Assembly (NCBI GenBank): GCA_951406725.2
Contig: OX597833.1
Coordinates: forward strand, 23,560,001 to 23,624,000
Reading direction: 5' to 3'
DNA: 64,000 nucleotides
Source of the DNA: Octopus vulgaris
Taxonomy: Eukaryota
The notes under the pieces are model-generated. The model was not told where the DNA came from, made no database searches, and saw only the letters and a list, made by a program, of their open reading frames with translations. The stretch's first letter is position 1. Every line of letters begins with the position of its first letter. A program made the position numbers and the translations under genes. This document shows, piece by piece, positions 12,631 through 27,616 of the stretch.

Positions 12631-12667
<37 letters not shown>

Positions 12668-13148
12668 GTGTGTGTGTGTGTATATAGGCTGTGGAATTAG
12701 ATGGTGGTGGTGGTGGTGACGTTGGTGGTGAACACTCAGAGAAGAGAGGAAAGAAGTGCTCAATGCTGTATGTATATGTGGAGGAGGGGTTAGGGATGTG
12801 TGGTGTTGTTTAACCCTAGGTTAGCCTTGTTCTGGCAGACCTACGATGAAAGATGTTCCAGCCATAACCATCCTTATTTTTGTATATCAAAGACCAAAAG
12901 CGGTGGTGGTGGTGTTAGAGGCTATATGGACAATGGTTATCATTACATGCAGAGTTAAAGATTATGAAACTGTGTTGAAGACAATGACTTTATGGTACAT
13001 AGAGGGGGTAAAGAGTGTATATAATCATCATCATATATATATATATGATGATAATGATAATATACATCCATATATATATGTGTGTGTATATATATATACA
13101 CACTACATAATATATACACTACACAGCACAATATATATTTTATATATA

Positions 13149-14135
13149 TCATCATCATCATCATTTAACGTCCGCTTTCCATGCTAGCATGGGTTGGACG
13201 GTTCAACTGGGGTCTGGGGAGCCCGAAGGCTGCACCAGGCCAGTCAGATCTGGCAGTGTTTCTACAGCTGGATGCCCTTCCTAATGCCAACCACTCCGAG
13301 AGTGTAGTGGGTGATTTTATGTGCCACCGACACAGGTGCCAGACGAGGCTGGCGAACGGCCACGCTCGGATGGTGTTTTCTTTTTATGTGCCACCGACAC
13401 AGGTGCCAGACGAGGCTGGCAGATGGCCACGCTCGGATGGTGTTTTTATGTGCCACCGACACAGGTGCCAGATGAGGCTGGCGAACGGCCATGATCAAAT
13501 TCCATTGATGTTCATCTATTTTGATTTGTTTTGATTTGATTTGATTTGATTTTGATTTTCACTTGCCTCAACAGGTCTTCACAAGTGTCACAAGAAGGAA
13601 GGTATGCACAGGTGGACTGACTACGTTCCAGGTAGGGGCCACGGGTTATGGCCTGACTAGTCTTGCCGGGTCTTCGGATGGTGTTTTTTATGTGCCACCG
13701 ACACAGGTGCCAGATGAGGCTGGCGAACGGCCACGATCGGATGGTGTTTGTTACATGCCCACAGCACGGAGGCCAGTCGATGTGGTACTGGCTACGGCCA
13801 CGTTCGGATGGTTTTCTTGTGTGCCACCGGCACTGGTACCTCAAAGATACAAATTCCATTGATGTTCATCTATTTTGATTTGTTTTGATTTGATTTTCAC
13901 TTGCCTCAACAGGTCTTCACAAGTGTCACAAGAAGGATGGTATGTACAGGTGGACTGACTATGTCCCATGTAGGGACCACGGGTTATGGCCTGACTAGTC
14001 TTGCCGGGTCTTCAGATGGTGTTTTTATGTGCCACCGACACAGGTGCCAGATGAGGCTGGTACCACATAGATACAAATTCCATTGATGATCATCTATTTT
14101 GATTTGTTATGATTTGATTTTCATTTGCCTCAAAT
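13149..14135 (-). mobile_element. RTE 3' UTR fragment with (ATG)n tail and internal tandem duplication
   Basis: The tail matches 25255-25450. The unit aaattccattgatg...cttgcctcaacaggtcttcac restarts at ~13497, 13851 and 14075. Confidence 0.8.
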
Positions 14136-14208
14136 ATATATAAAATATATATTGTGGTGTGTAGTGTATATATTATATGGTGTAGTTTATAGGGTGTTTA
14201 TATTGTAG

Positions 14209-14246
<38 letters not shown>

Positions 14247-15454
14247 GAGTATATCTGCACTTATGTTGTCATATATGTGTATATATATATATATGTGTGT
14301 GTTTGTGTGTGTACCTGTTTATACATATGCATTTCCATATATACACTTGTAAACATCTATTTTTAATGCCTCATAACATTTGTGTGTTTGTTTGCACACA
14401 TCTACATGTATCCTTTATCTCTATATACAGGTGTATGTATGTCTATATCAACACACACACACACACATGTATGTGTGTGTGTATGTATTATATGAAAGAA
14501 TGTGATAGAGATATGGAGGTGATAATGCAAAACAAAAGGTGGAGCAATGGTCTTGTGTGTATAGATATAGTTGTGTGTGAGTGCAAATGTGTTCCTGTGT
14601 ATATGCGTGTGTAGAACATGTATGTGTGTAGATGTGTTTGGAAGGGCTCTGTACTGTTTAGGTGTTTCTAAAGACATATTTGAGTGTGTGTGCGTGCATG
14701 CGCGCGTGTGTGTGTGTGTGTGTGTGAGTTATTCTGAAGAATCAGTGATGAAAATTAAAGACTGACTGTGATTGTAGTTTGGTTTAAGTCCGATATCGGA
14801 TTGCTTGGATTAGAATGGATCTATTGAAGGTTTGTGTGCAGATAAGAGAACAATAGTAGCCCCACATAGATTGGGTAGTAATGAGGTGGAGGGAGCATAA
14901 TGCTGTAGTTGGGGGTTTATTAACAACCCTTTGGTTCAGGGTTCAAGCCTTATCACTGGAACCAAGTTTATTTCATCAGCTGTTGTAAATAGTGACAAAC
15001 CTATTACTGCCTCAAGGTGTTAGTTATTCAATCATTCATTAATCATCATCATCATCATCATCATTTAACATCCATGTTCCATGCTGGAATAGGTTGGATT
15101 GTTTGACAGGATCTGAGTGTCCCAGGACTGCATCATGCGCCACTGTCTGCTTTGGCAGTTTCTATGGCTGGATGCTCTTCCCAACACCAACCACTTTACT
15201 GCATGGACTGGGTGCTTTTTTTTTGTGCCACCTGCACTATTGAGGTTGCCATGCAGTTCATAGGACTGTGAACCCTGGGGGAGGTGGGAGAGGGTCAGCG
15301 TCATGCTAGGAGACAAAGGGGGTTACTATGAGAGGTGGGGTGGTGGGAAGAACAGGTTCTTGTAGAGGGGTCTGCATGGCTACTCACATCTAGTAGGGGA
15401 GAGAAAATGACGAGTAGGACATGCAAGACAGAGATAATGATGATAAGTGCCCAG

Positions 15455-18400
15455 GTGGCCCCACGGGTTACAAACTGAGCAGAAGTGGGTGGATGGGTGG
15501 GTGATTTATAAGATTGTATGGAAAGGTGAATGAGGTGGGAGGGGGCAGAATGGTGGCCCCATAGGTTACAAGCTGAGCAGAAGTGGGTGGATGGGTGGGT
15601 GATTTATAAGATTGTATGGAAAGGTGAATGGGGTGGGAGGGGGCAGAATGGTGGTCCCATGGGTTACAAGCTGAGCAGAAATGGGTGGATGGGTGGGTGA
15701 TTTATAAGATTGTATGGAAAGGTGAATGAGGGTGGGAGGGGACAAACTGGTGGCCCCAAGGGTTACAAGCTGAGCAGAAGTGGGTGGATGGGTTGGGTGA
15801 TTTATAAGATTGTATGGGAAGGTGAATGGGGTGGGAGGGGGCGGACTGGTGGTCCCATGGGTTACAAGCTGAGCAGAAGTGGGTGTTTGGGTGGGTGATT
15901 TATAAGATTGTATGGGAAGGTGAATGGGGTGGGAGGGGGCAGACTGGTGGTCCCATGGGTTACAAGCTGAGCAGAAATGGGTGGATGGGTGGGTGATTTA
16001 TAAGATTGTATGGAAAGGTGAATGAGGGTGGGAGGGGACAAACTGGTGGCCCCAAGGGTTACAAGCTGAGCAGAAGTGGGTGGATTGTTGGGTGATTTAT
16101 AAGATTGTATGGAAAGGTGAATGGGGTGGGAGGGGGCAGACTGGTGGTCCCATGGGTTACAAGCTGAGCAGAAATGGGTGGATGGGTGGGTGATTTATAA
16201 GATTGTATGGGAAGGTGAATGGGGTGGAAGGGGGCAGAATGGTGGCCCCATGGGTTACAAGCTGAGCAGAAATGGGTGGATGGGTGGGTGATTTATAAGA
16301 TTGTATGGAAAGGTGAATGAGGTTGGAGGGGGCAGAATGGTGGTCCCATGGGTTACAAGCTGAGCAGAAATGGGTGGATGGGTGGGTGATTTATAAGATT
16401 GTATGGAAAGGTGAATGAGGGTGGGAGGGGACAAACTGGTGGCCCCAAGGGTTACAAGCTGAGCAGAAGTGGGTGGATGGGTTGGGTGATTTATAAGATT
16501 GTATGGAAAGGTGAATGGGGTGGGAGGGGGCAGACTGGTGGTCCCATGGGTTACAAGCTGAGCAGAAGTGTGTGGATGGGTGGGTGATTTATAAGATTGT
16601 ATGGAAAAGTGAATGAGGGTGGGAGGGGACAAACTGGTGGCCCCAAGGGTTACAAGCTGAGCAGAAGTGGGTGGATGGGTGGGTGATTTATAAGATTGTA
16701 TGGGAAGGTGAATGGGGTGGGAGGGGGCAGAATGGTGGCCCCATGGGTTACAAGCTGAGCAGAAATGGGTGGATGGGTGGGTGATTTATAAGATTGTATG
16801 GAAAGGTGAATGGGGTGGGAGGGGGCAGAATGGTGGCCCCATGGGTTACAAGCTGAGCAGAAATGGGTGGATGGGTGGGTGATTTATAAGATTGTATGGA
16901 AAGGTGAATGAGGGTGGGAGGGGGCAAACTGGTGGTCCCATGGGTTAGAAGCTGAGCAGAAATGGGTGGATGGGTGGGTGATTTATAAGATTGTATGGAA
17001 AGGTGAATGGGGTGGGAGGGGGCAGAATGGTGGCCCCATGGGTTACAAGCTGAGCAGAAATGGGTGGATGGGTGGGTGATTTATAAGATTGTATGGAAAG
17101 GTGAATGGGGTGGCAGGGGGCAGACTGGTGGTCCCATGGGTTACAAGCTGAGCAGAAGTGGGTGGATGGGTGGGTGATTTATAAGATTGTATGGAAAGGT
17201 GAATGAGGGTGGGAGGGGACAAACTGGTGGCCCCAAGGGTTACAAGCTGAGCAGAAGTGGGTGGATGGGTGGGTGATTTATAAGATTGTATGGAAAGGTG
17301 AATGGGGTGGGAGGGGGCAGACTGGTGGCCCATGGGTTACAAGCTGAGCAGAAGTGGGTGGATGGGTGGGTGATTTATAAGATTGTATGGAAAGGTGAAT
17401 GAGGGTGGGAGGGGACAGAATGGTGGCCCCATGGGTTACAAGCTGAGCAGAAATGGGTGGATGGGTGGGTGATTTATAAGATTGTATGGAAAGGTGAATG
17501 GGGTGGGAGGGGGCAGAATGGTGGCCCCATGGGTTACAAGCTGAGCAGAAATGGGTGGATGGGTGGGTGATTTATAAGATTGTATGGAAAGGTGAATGGG
17601 GTGGGAGGGGACAAACTGGTGGTCCCATGGGTTACAAGCTGAGCAGAAGTGGGTGGATGGGTGGGTGATTTATAAGATTGTATGGAAAGGTGAATGGGGT
17701 GGGAGGGGACAAACTGGTGGCCCCATGGGTTACAAGCTGAGCAGAAATGGGTGGATGGGTGGGTGATTTATAAGATTGTATGGAAAGGTGAATGAGGGTG
17801 GGAGGGGACAAACTGGTGGCCCCATGGGTTACAAGCTGAGCAGAAGTGGGTGGATGGGTGGGTGATTTATAAGATTGTATGGAAAGGTGAATGGGGTGGG
17901 AGGGGGCAGAATGGTGGCCCCATGGGTTACAAGCTGAGCAGAAATGGGTGGATGGGTGGGTGATTTATAAGATTGTATGGGAAAGGTGAATGGGGTGGAG
18001 GGGGCAGAATGGTGGCCCCATGGGTTACAAGCTGAGCAGAAGTGGGTGGATGGGTGGGTGATTTATAAGATTGTATGGGAAGGTGAATGGGGTGGGAGGG
18101 GGTAGAATGGTGGCCCCATGGGTTACAAGCTGAGCAGAAGTGGGTGGATGGGTGGGTGATTTATAAGATTATATGGAAAGGTGAATGGGGTGGCAGGGGG
18201 CAGACTGGTGGTCCCATGGGTTACAAGCTGAGCAGAAATGGGTGGATGGGTGGGTGATTTATAAGATTGTATGGAAAGGTGAATGGGGTGGGGGGGGGCA
18301 GACTGGTGGTCCCATGGGTTACAAGCTGAGCAGAAGTGGGTGGATGGGTGGGTGATTTATAAGATTGTATGGAAAGGTGAATGAGGGTGGGAGGGGACAA

Positions 18401-20270
18401 ACTGGTGGCCCCAAGGGTTACAAGCTGAGCAGAAGTGGGTGGATGGGTGGGTGATTTATAAGATTGTATGGAAAGGTGAATGGGGTGGGAGGGGGCAGAC
18501 TGGTGGCCCCATGGGTTACAAGCTGAGCAGAAATGGGTGGATGGGTGGGTGATTTATAAGATTGTATGGAAAGGTGAATGGGGTGGGAGGGGACAGAATG
18601 GTGGCCCCATGGGTTACAAGCTGAGCAGAAGTGGGTGGATGGGTGGGTGATTTATAAGATTGTATGGAAAGGTGAATGAGGGTGGGAGGGGACAGACTGG
18701 TGGTCCCATGGGTTACAAGCTGAGCAGAAATGGGTGGATGGGTGGGTGATTTATAAGATTGTATGGAAATGTGAATGTGGGTGGGAGGGGACAAACTGGT
18801 GGCCCCAAGGGTTACAAGCTGAGCAGAAGTGGGTGGATTGTTGGGTGATTTATAAGATTGTATGGAAAGGTGAATGGGGTGGGAGGGGGCAGACTGGTGG
18901 TCCCATGGGTTACAAGCTGAGCAGAAATGGGTGGATGGGTGGGTGATTTATAAGATTGTATGGAAAGGTGAATGAGGGTGGGAGGGGACAAACTGGTGGC
19001 CCCAAGGGTTACAAGCTGAGCAGAAGTGGGTGGATGGGTGGGTGATTTATAAGATTGTATGGGAAGGTGAATGGGGTGGGAGGGGGCAGAATGGTGGCCC
19101 CATGGGTTACAAGCTGAGCAGAAATGGGTGGATGGGTGGGTGATTTATAAGATTGTATGGAAAGGTGAATGGGGTGGGAGGGGGCAGAATGGTGGCCCCA
19201 TGGGTTACAAGCTGAGCAGAAGTGTGTGGATGGGTGGGTGATTTATAAGATTGTATGGGAAGGTGAATGAGGTTGGAGGGGGCAGAATGGTGGCCCCATG
19301 GGTTACAAGCTGAGCAGAAGTGGGTGGATGGGTGGGTGATTTATAAGATTGAATGGGAAGGTGAATGGGGTGGGAGGGGGTAGAATGGTGGCCCCATGGG
19401 TTACAAGCTGAGCAGAAGTGGGTGGATGGGTGGGTGATTTATAAGATTGTATGGAAAGGTGAATGGGGTGGGAGGGGGCAGACTGGTGGTCCCATGGGTT
19501 ACAAGCTGAGCAGAAATGGGTGGATGGGTGGGTGATTTATAAGATTGTATGGAAAGGTGAATGAGGGTGGGAGGGGACAAACTGGTGGCCCCAAGGGTTA
19601 CAAGTTGAGCAGAAGTGGGTGGATGGGTGGGTGATTTATAAGATTGTATGGAAAGGTGAATGGGGTGGGAGGGGGCAGACTGGTGGTCCCATGGGTTACA
19701 AGCTGAGCAGAAATGGGTGGATGGGTGGGTGATTTATAAGATTGTATGGAAAGGTGAATGAGGTGGGAGGGGACAAACTGGTGGCCCCAAGGGTTACAAG
19801 CTGAGCAGAAGTGGGTGGATTGGTGGGTGATTTATAAGATTGTATGGGAAGGTGAATGAGGTGGGAGGGGGCAGAATGGTGGCCCCATGGGTTATAAGCT
19901 GAGCTGAAGTGTGTGGATGGGTGGGTGATTTATAAGATTGTATGGGAAGGTGAATGAGGTGGGAGGGAGCAGACTGGTGGCCCCACAGGTTACAAGCTGA
20001 GCAGAAGTGGGTGGATGGGTGGGTGATCTATAAGATTGTATGGGAAGGTGAATGAGGTGGGAGGGAGCAGACTGGTGGCCCCACAGGTTACAAGCTGAGC
20101 AGAAGTGGGTGGATGGGTGGGTGATTTATAAGATTGTATGGGAAGGTGAATGAGGTGGGAGGGAGCAGACTGGTGGCCCCACAGGTTACAAGCTAAGCAG
20201 AAGTGGGTGGATGGGTGGGTGATTAATAAGATTGTATGGGAAGGTGACTGAGTTGGGAGGGGGCAGACTG
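15455..20270. repeat. G-rich minisatellite, 98/99-bp unit, roughly 49 copies
   Basis: Unit gggttacaagctgagcagaagtgggtggatgggtgggtgatttataagattgtatggaaaggtgaatggggtgggagggggcagaatggtggccccat, with recurring variants. Confidence 0.97.
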
Positions 20271-21364
20271 CCAAAATGGATAGGGTTGGAGGGAGGATGA
20301 GATAAGAGTTATGAGAGGGGGGTAGCGAGTAGCAGGAGTAGTAAAGATGATACAGATGGTGGGGTTGCAATATTTCCCACATCCCAAGTTGTTCGCAAAT
20401 TTTCTTTGGTTCCTGGCCAAGAGGGTCTCTACCAATTTCCTGCTACCCATGATTACTCATTCTACAGAGAATGTTTTCATATCTACTTCCTGATCTGCCA
20501 TCCCTGAGCCAATCCTCTCTCTCTCTCTCTCTCTCACCCTGCCCCTTCTCCATACTGATCTTTCCCATCAACCACACCTCCATTCTTCTTCATCACTCAC
20601 TACATTCACCTCTACCCCTATCTCTCACCTTACTTCTTATAAAACTACCCCCTCTGCTCCTATCCAATCCACCATCCTTTCTTATGCTCACCTTCTTGTA
20701 TCTTGACAGTTTGCTCTGGCACCCCATCACTATCATCTTTGACTCCTTCCGCATTACTCTCACCCACCCTTATATAAAGTGGGGTAGCCATGCATTTCAT
20801 CTATAGCAAGATACCTGTGATTGTTTCTCTGTTATACTTTAGCCTCTCAACACTTGGCATAAAGACACCTCCTCTTCTCAAATACTCTTCCCACTTAGTG
20901 AAGAGGGATTTTTCCTTTTCTTTTCCTGTCTTGCAACTTACTTGTAACACTGGTACTAGTCACCTCACTAGTGCCAGTGTCACAACAAATGCATCCAATA
21001 CACACTGTAAAGTGGATGACGTTAGGAAGGGCATCTAGCTGCAGAAACCATGCCAAAGCTGACATTGGAGCTCGATGCAGTCCTGCTGCTTGCTGGATCT
21101 TGTTGAACTGTCCTATTCATGCCAACATGGAAAATAGATGTTAAATGATGATGATGTTATTTCTCTGTCTGAAGATTTGTCTAATATAATTTGTTTTATC
21201 TGTCTGTGTACAGTTATTGCTTTTATTGGATAATGAAACATTTGTCATGGAGAATAAATAATACCAAATATCATCCATTTTCATCTATTTTTATTCAACT
21301 CCACTATCTTGGTTTTAGCAGATGTGTTTTCTTTGAGGTTACAGTTGGGATTTTAACCTTAACT

Positions 21365-21826
<462 letters not shown>

Positions 21827-21827
<1 letters not shown>

Positions 21828-22085
21828 CATCATCATCATCATCATCATCGTTTAACGTCCGTTTTCCGCGCTAGCACGGGTTGGACGGTTCGACCGGGGT
21901 CTGGGAAGCCAGGGGCCGCTCCAGGCTCCAGTCTGATTCTGGCAGAGTTTCTACGGCTGGATGCCCTTCCTAACGCCAACCACTCCGTGAGTGGATTGGG
22001 TGCTTTTTACGTGCCACCTGCACAGGGGCCGGGGGGTCCGGCATCGGTCACGATCGGTTCGAGCTTTTAACGTGCCAGGGACACG
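21827..22085 (-). mobile_element. RTE-type 3' end with (ATG)n tail
   Basis: catcatcgtttaacgtccgttttccgcgctagcacgggttggacgg... is nearly identical to 25270-25450. Confidence 0.85.
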
Positions 22086-22592
22086 GGGGCAACGGGATGC
22101 GGGGTAGAGTTGAGTTGGGGGGGGTCCAGCTGAGAAAGGTTTCACCAGTGAAAAGAGAGGGAGAGATAGTAAAGGGGTGCAGGTAATATAGGGGGGCACC
22201 AGTGGGGAAGGTTGGGGGAGGAGGAACGATGGCAGGAAGGGTTGGTGAAGGTTCGTAAGAAATATAAACGTAGGATGTGTATATATATATATGGGTAGGT
22301 GTGGGGAAGGTTGGGTGGGTAAGGAGGAACGATGGCAGGAAGGGTTGGTGCAGGTTCGTAAGAAATAAAAACGTAGGATATTACGAGGCATGGAGGGGAC
22401 TGGAAGGAGATAGTAGGATTGAGGCAGTGTCAGATTCAAAACAGGAGGAAGCGTAAGATCAGAGGGCGGTTGATGAGCTGAGACGCTAGCAGGTTGTCTT
22501 TTCTCAGTGAAAGCATATGAGGAGAAGGGGTAGGAAGGGGTGGTGGGGGAGGAGGAGGGAGTATCCGGTGTAGATGGTGAGAAGTGTTCACC

Positions 22593-22853
22593 GGTATTGG
22601 TGGTATTGGCGGTGGGGGGGGGTATTGGCGGTGGGGGGGGGGTATTGGTGGTGGGGGTGGTATTGGTGGTGGTGGTATTGGTGGTGGGGGTGGTATTGGT
22701 GGTGGGGGGGGTGGTATTGGTGGTGGGGGTGGTATTGGTGGTGGGGGGTGGTATTGGTGGTGGGGGTAGTATTGGTGGTGGGGGTGGTATTGGTGGTGGT
22801 ATTGGTGGTATTGGTGGTATTGGTGGTGGTGGTATTGGTGGTATTGGTGGTGG
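22593..22853. repeat. (GGT)n/GGTATT low-complexity repeat
   Basis: Seen directly; it produces spurious Gly- and Pro-rich ORFs. Confidence 0.9.
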
Positions 22854-22864
22854 GAGGGCGGGCG

Positions 22865-23319
22865 CACCGCGCAATGGGAGAAGATGAGATTTTTAGGCGG
22901 CAGAAAGAAAGACAGGATTTGAGATGGAATGCTTTGCGATCGTGTGCATAAGTTTCTATGAGTGGAAGTTGGGAAAAGATGGGTTAGAGAATTTAGCGAC
23001 AGAAAGAAAGACCAAATTTGAGACGAGATGTTTTTGCGAAGTTTTTGTGAATGAAAGTTTATATGCTTCAGCTAGCATTTGAGACGAAAGACAACGATAA
23101 CGCCAATATATGGGGAAACAATAATAATAAGAAGGCTTGATGGTGATGATGATACTTGCAAAAACAATGAAAAGAAGGAACAGGACTTAGCTGATATTTT
23201 TCATCCTGCGTATTGGCTAAGCCTGTGGAAGCGAGTGAAGGCGAGATATATATACAGAGAGAGAGAGAGAGACAGTGATAACAGAGGGAGAAACCGACAC
23301 CACATAGCGAGAGAGAGAG

Positions 23320-23358
<39 letters not shown>

Positions 23359-23838
23359 GTGATAACAGAGGGACAAAACGACACCGCGCAATGGGAGAAG
23401 ATGAGATTTTTAGGCGGCAGAAAGAAAGACAGGATTTGAGATGGAATGCTTTGCGATCGTGTGCATAAGTTTCTAAGAGTGGAAGTTGGGAAAAGATGGG
23501 TTAGAGAATTTAGCGACAGAAAGAAAGACCAAATTTGAGACGAGATGTTTTTGCGAAGTTTTTGTGAATGAAAGTTTATATGCTTCAGCTAGCATTTGAG
23601 ACGAAAGACAACGATAACGCCAATATATGGGGAAACAATAATAATAAGAAGGCTTGATGGTGATGATGATACTTGCAAAAACAATGAAAAGAAGGAACAG
23701 GACTTAGCTGATATTTTTCATCCTGCGTATTGGCTAAGCCTGTGGAAGCGAGTGAAGGCGAGATATATATACAGAGAGAGAGAGAGACAGTGATAACAGA
23801 GGGAGAAACCGACACCACATAGCGAGAGAGAGAGAGAG

Positions 23839-23873
<35 letters not shown>

Positions 23874-24261
23874 GTGATAACAGAGGGACAAAACGACACC
23901 GCGCAATGGGAGAAGATGAGATTTTTAGGCGGCAGAAAGAAAGACAGGATTTGAGATGGAATGCTTTGCGATCGTGTGCATAAGTTTCTATGAGTGGAAG
24001 TTGGGAAAAGATGGGTTAGAGAATTTAGCGACAGAAAGAAAGACCAAATTTGAGACGAGATGTTTTTGCGAAGTTTTTGTGAATGAAAGTTTATATGCTT
24101 CAGCTAGCATTTGAGACGAAAGACAACGATAACGCCAATATATGGGGAAACAATAATAATAAGAAGGCTTGATGGTGATGATGATACTTGCAAAAACAAT
24201 GAAAAGAAGGAACAGGACTTAGCTGATATTTTTCATCCTGCGTATTGGCTAAGCCTGTGGA
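22865..24261. repeat. Tandem repeat, ~515-517 bp unit, ~2.7 near-identical copies
   Basis: caccgcgcaatgggagaagatgag starts at 22865, 23382 and 23897; the units differ mainly in (GA)n length. Confidence 0.95.
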
Positions 24262-25217
<956 letters not shown>

Positions 25218-25254
25218 TATATATGTATGTATATGTATATATCTATCTATGTAT

Positions 25255-27488
25255 GTATCATCATTATCATCATCATCATCATCGTTTAACGTCCGTTTTC
25301 TGCGCTAGCACGGGTTGGACGGTTCGACCGGTGTCTAGGAAGCCAGGGGCTGCACCAGGCTCCAGTCTGATCTGGCAGTGTTTCTACAGCTGGATGCCCT
25401 TCCTAACACCAACCACTCCACGAGTGTAGTGGGTGCTTTTTACGTGCCACCTGCACAGGTGCCAGAGGGGTCTGGCATCGGCCACTATCGGTTGGTGCTT
25501 TTTATGTGCCACCGGCACGGAAGCCAGTCGAGGCGGGGCTGGCATTGGCCACGTTCGGATGGTGCTTTTTATGTGCCACCGGCACAGAAGCCAGTCGGGG
25601 CGTTGCTGGCAATGGCCACGTACGGATGGTGCATTTTATGTGCCACCGGCACAGGTATCACAACTACTATTTCCATTGATATTTATTTCGATGTTCATGT
25701 ACTTGACTCAACAGGTCTCCTCAAGCACAGCGGGACGTTTTGGGATCCAGGGTACTTTGAATGGGCAGGGGCTATGCGGAACTGGTGCAGGATGCAGCCC
25801 GGGTCTTTGCAGTCACAGCATATCTCTAGAGATCTCGGTCCTTCGCCATTGCCTCAGTGAGGCCCAACGCTCTGAGATCATGCTTGACTACCTCATCCCA
25901 TGTGTTCCTGGGTCTACCTCTCCCCCTAATTCCTTCAACTGTTCGGGAGTGGCACTTCTTCACACATCTCTCCTCATCCATCCGCAGTACATGACCATAC
26001 CATCGCAAGCGTCGCTCTTGCACACCGCATCTGATGCTTCTTATGCCTAGCATTTCTCTCAGGGTGCTTACACTCTGTCGTGCATTCACACTGACATTAA
26101 ACATCCAGCGGATCATGCTAGCTTCATTTCTTTCAAGTCTACGCATGTCCTCTGCAGTCACAGCCCATGTTTCACTACCGTGAAGCATGGCAGTTCGCAC
26201 ACATGCATCATACAATCTACCTTTCGCTTTGAGCGAGAGACCCTTTGTCGCCAGTAGGGGTAGGAGCTTTCTGAACTTTTCCCAGGCTATTCGTATTCTA
26301 GTGGTGATACTCTCTGAGCATCCACCTCCACTACTAACTTGGTCACCCAGGTAGCGGAAACTATCAACTACTTCTAGTTTCTCCCCCTGGAGTGTGATGG
26401 AATCTGTTTTCTGAGTGTCTGTGGTGTCTATTGTCCCTGTGCATCTGCCGCACATGAAAGCTATCTTATCAGTTAATTTCCCTTTGATGTTGCTGCACCT
26501 CTTATGTGTCCATAGCTTACATTGGGTGCATCTTATGGAGTTTCTACCTACACCTTTCCTACAGATCAAGCAGGGCCACCTGCCCGATGGGGTGTGTGCT
26601 GAGTTCGCCTTTCTGCTTACTATAACTTTGGTCTTTGCTACATTTACTCTAAGGCCCTTTGATTCTAACCCTTGTTTCCACACCCGAAATTTCTTTTCTA
26701 GTTCCGGTAGTGATTCTGCTATGAGAGCCAGATCATCAGCATAGAGGAGCTCCCAGGGGCATCCTGTTTTGAATTCCTCTGTTATTGCCTGGAGGACTAT
26801 GATGAATAAAAGGGGACTGAGGGCTGAGCCTTGGTGTACACCTACTTCTACCCGGAATTCTTCACTATATTCGTTGCCAATCCTAACCTTGCTGACAGCC
26901 TCTCTGTATAGAGCCTGTACAGCCCTTATTAGCCATTCGTCAATCTCCAGTTTCTGTATTGACCACCAGATAAGGGATCGGGGGACCCTGTCAAAGGCTT
27001 TCTCCAAGTCCACAAAAGCTATGTAGAGGGGTTTATCTTTAGCTAGGTACATCTGCAGTTGTCGGACCAGGAATATAGCATCAGTGGTGCTTCTACCTGG
27101 CACAAAACTGAACTGCATCTCATCTAAGCAAATTCTCTCCCTAATGAGATGGGTTATGACCCTCTCTGTGACCTTCATCACCTGATCCAACAGTTTAATA
27201 CCCCTGTAGTTATTTCTATCTAGAGCATCACGCTTACCCTTGTAGCAGTTGACTATGGTGCTGCTACGCCAGTCATTGGGTATGACTCCATTATGAACTA
27301 CCTGGTTAACAATATGGGTGACTAGGCCATAGCCCACATAACCAGCTGTTTTAAGCATCTCAGCAGTGATACCTGATGGGCTGGGGGCTTTACTTGGTTT
27401 CATACCCTTAATTGCCTTAACTACAAGGGAGCTGTCTATTTGGATAGCTGGTCCCTCTACTGGGTCAACATTTGGCAGGCTCTCCTCC
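25255..27488 (-). mobile_element. RTE-clade LINE, 3' part (RT, PHD-like finger, 3' UTR, (ATG)n tail)
   Basis: 525-aa ORF 25826-27403 with NYRGIKLL, FVDLEKAFDRV, GVHQGSALSP, LLYADD and RLRWYGHV. The 3' UTR has ~65-bp repeats, and (CAT)n lies at 25255-25283. Confidence 0.95.
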
Positions 27489-27616
27489 TATATGTATATA
27501 TATATGTATATATATATAGATAGATAGATAGATATATAGATATTTCCGCCATTATCCATCATGTAGGCACACGTGTTCCACGGATTTGTTTCCATTCTCT
27601 CCAGATTTTTTTCTCC

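Noticed and set aside
15455-20270. Repeating ORFs in the minisatellite
   Set aside because: Mixed 98/99-bp units shift frame and contain stops.
22436-22951. Gly-, Pro- and Trp-rich ORFs resembling structural proteins
   Set aside because: They come from a (GGT)n/GGTATT simple repeat that is open in many frames, with no convincing splice context.
23079-23468. 129-aa ORF in the 515-bp tandem repeat
   Set aside because: It starts at TTG, runs through (GA)n, and the frame is not kept between copies.
25425-25660. Repeat-spacer pattern resembling a CRISPR array
   Set aside because: The apparent spacers are homologous to each other, the context is a eukaryotic LINE 3' UTR, and no cas genes are present.
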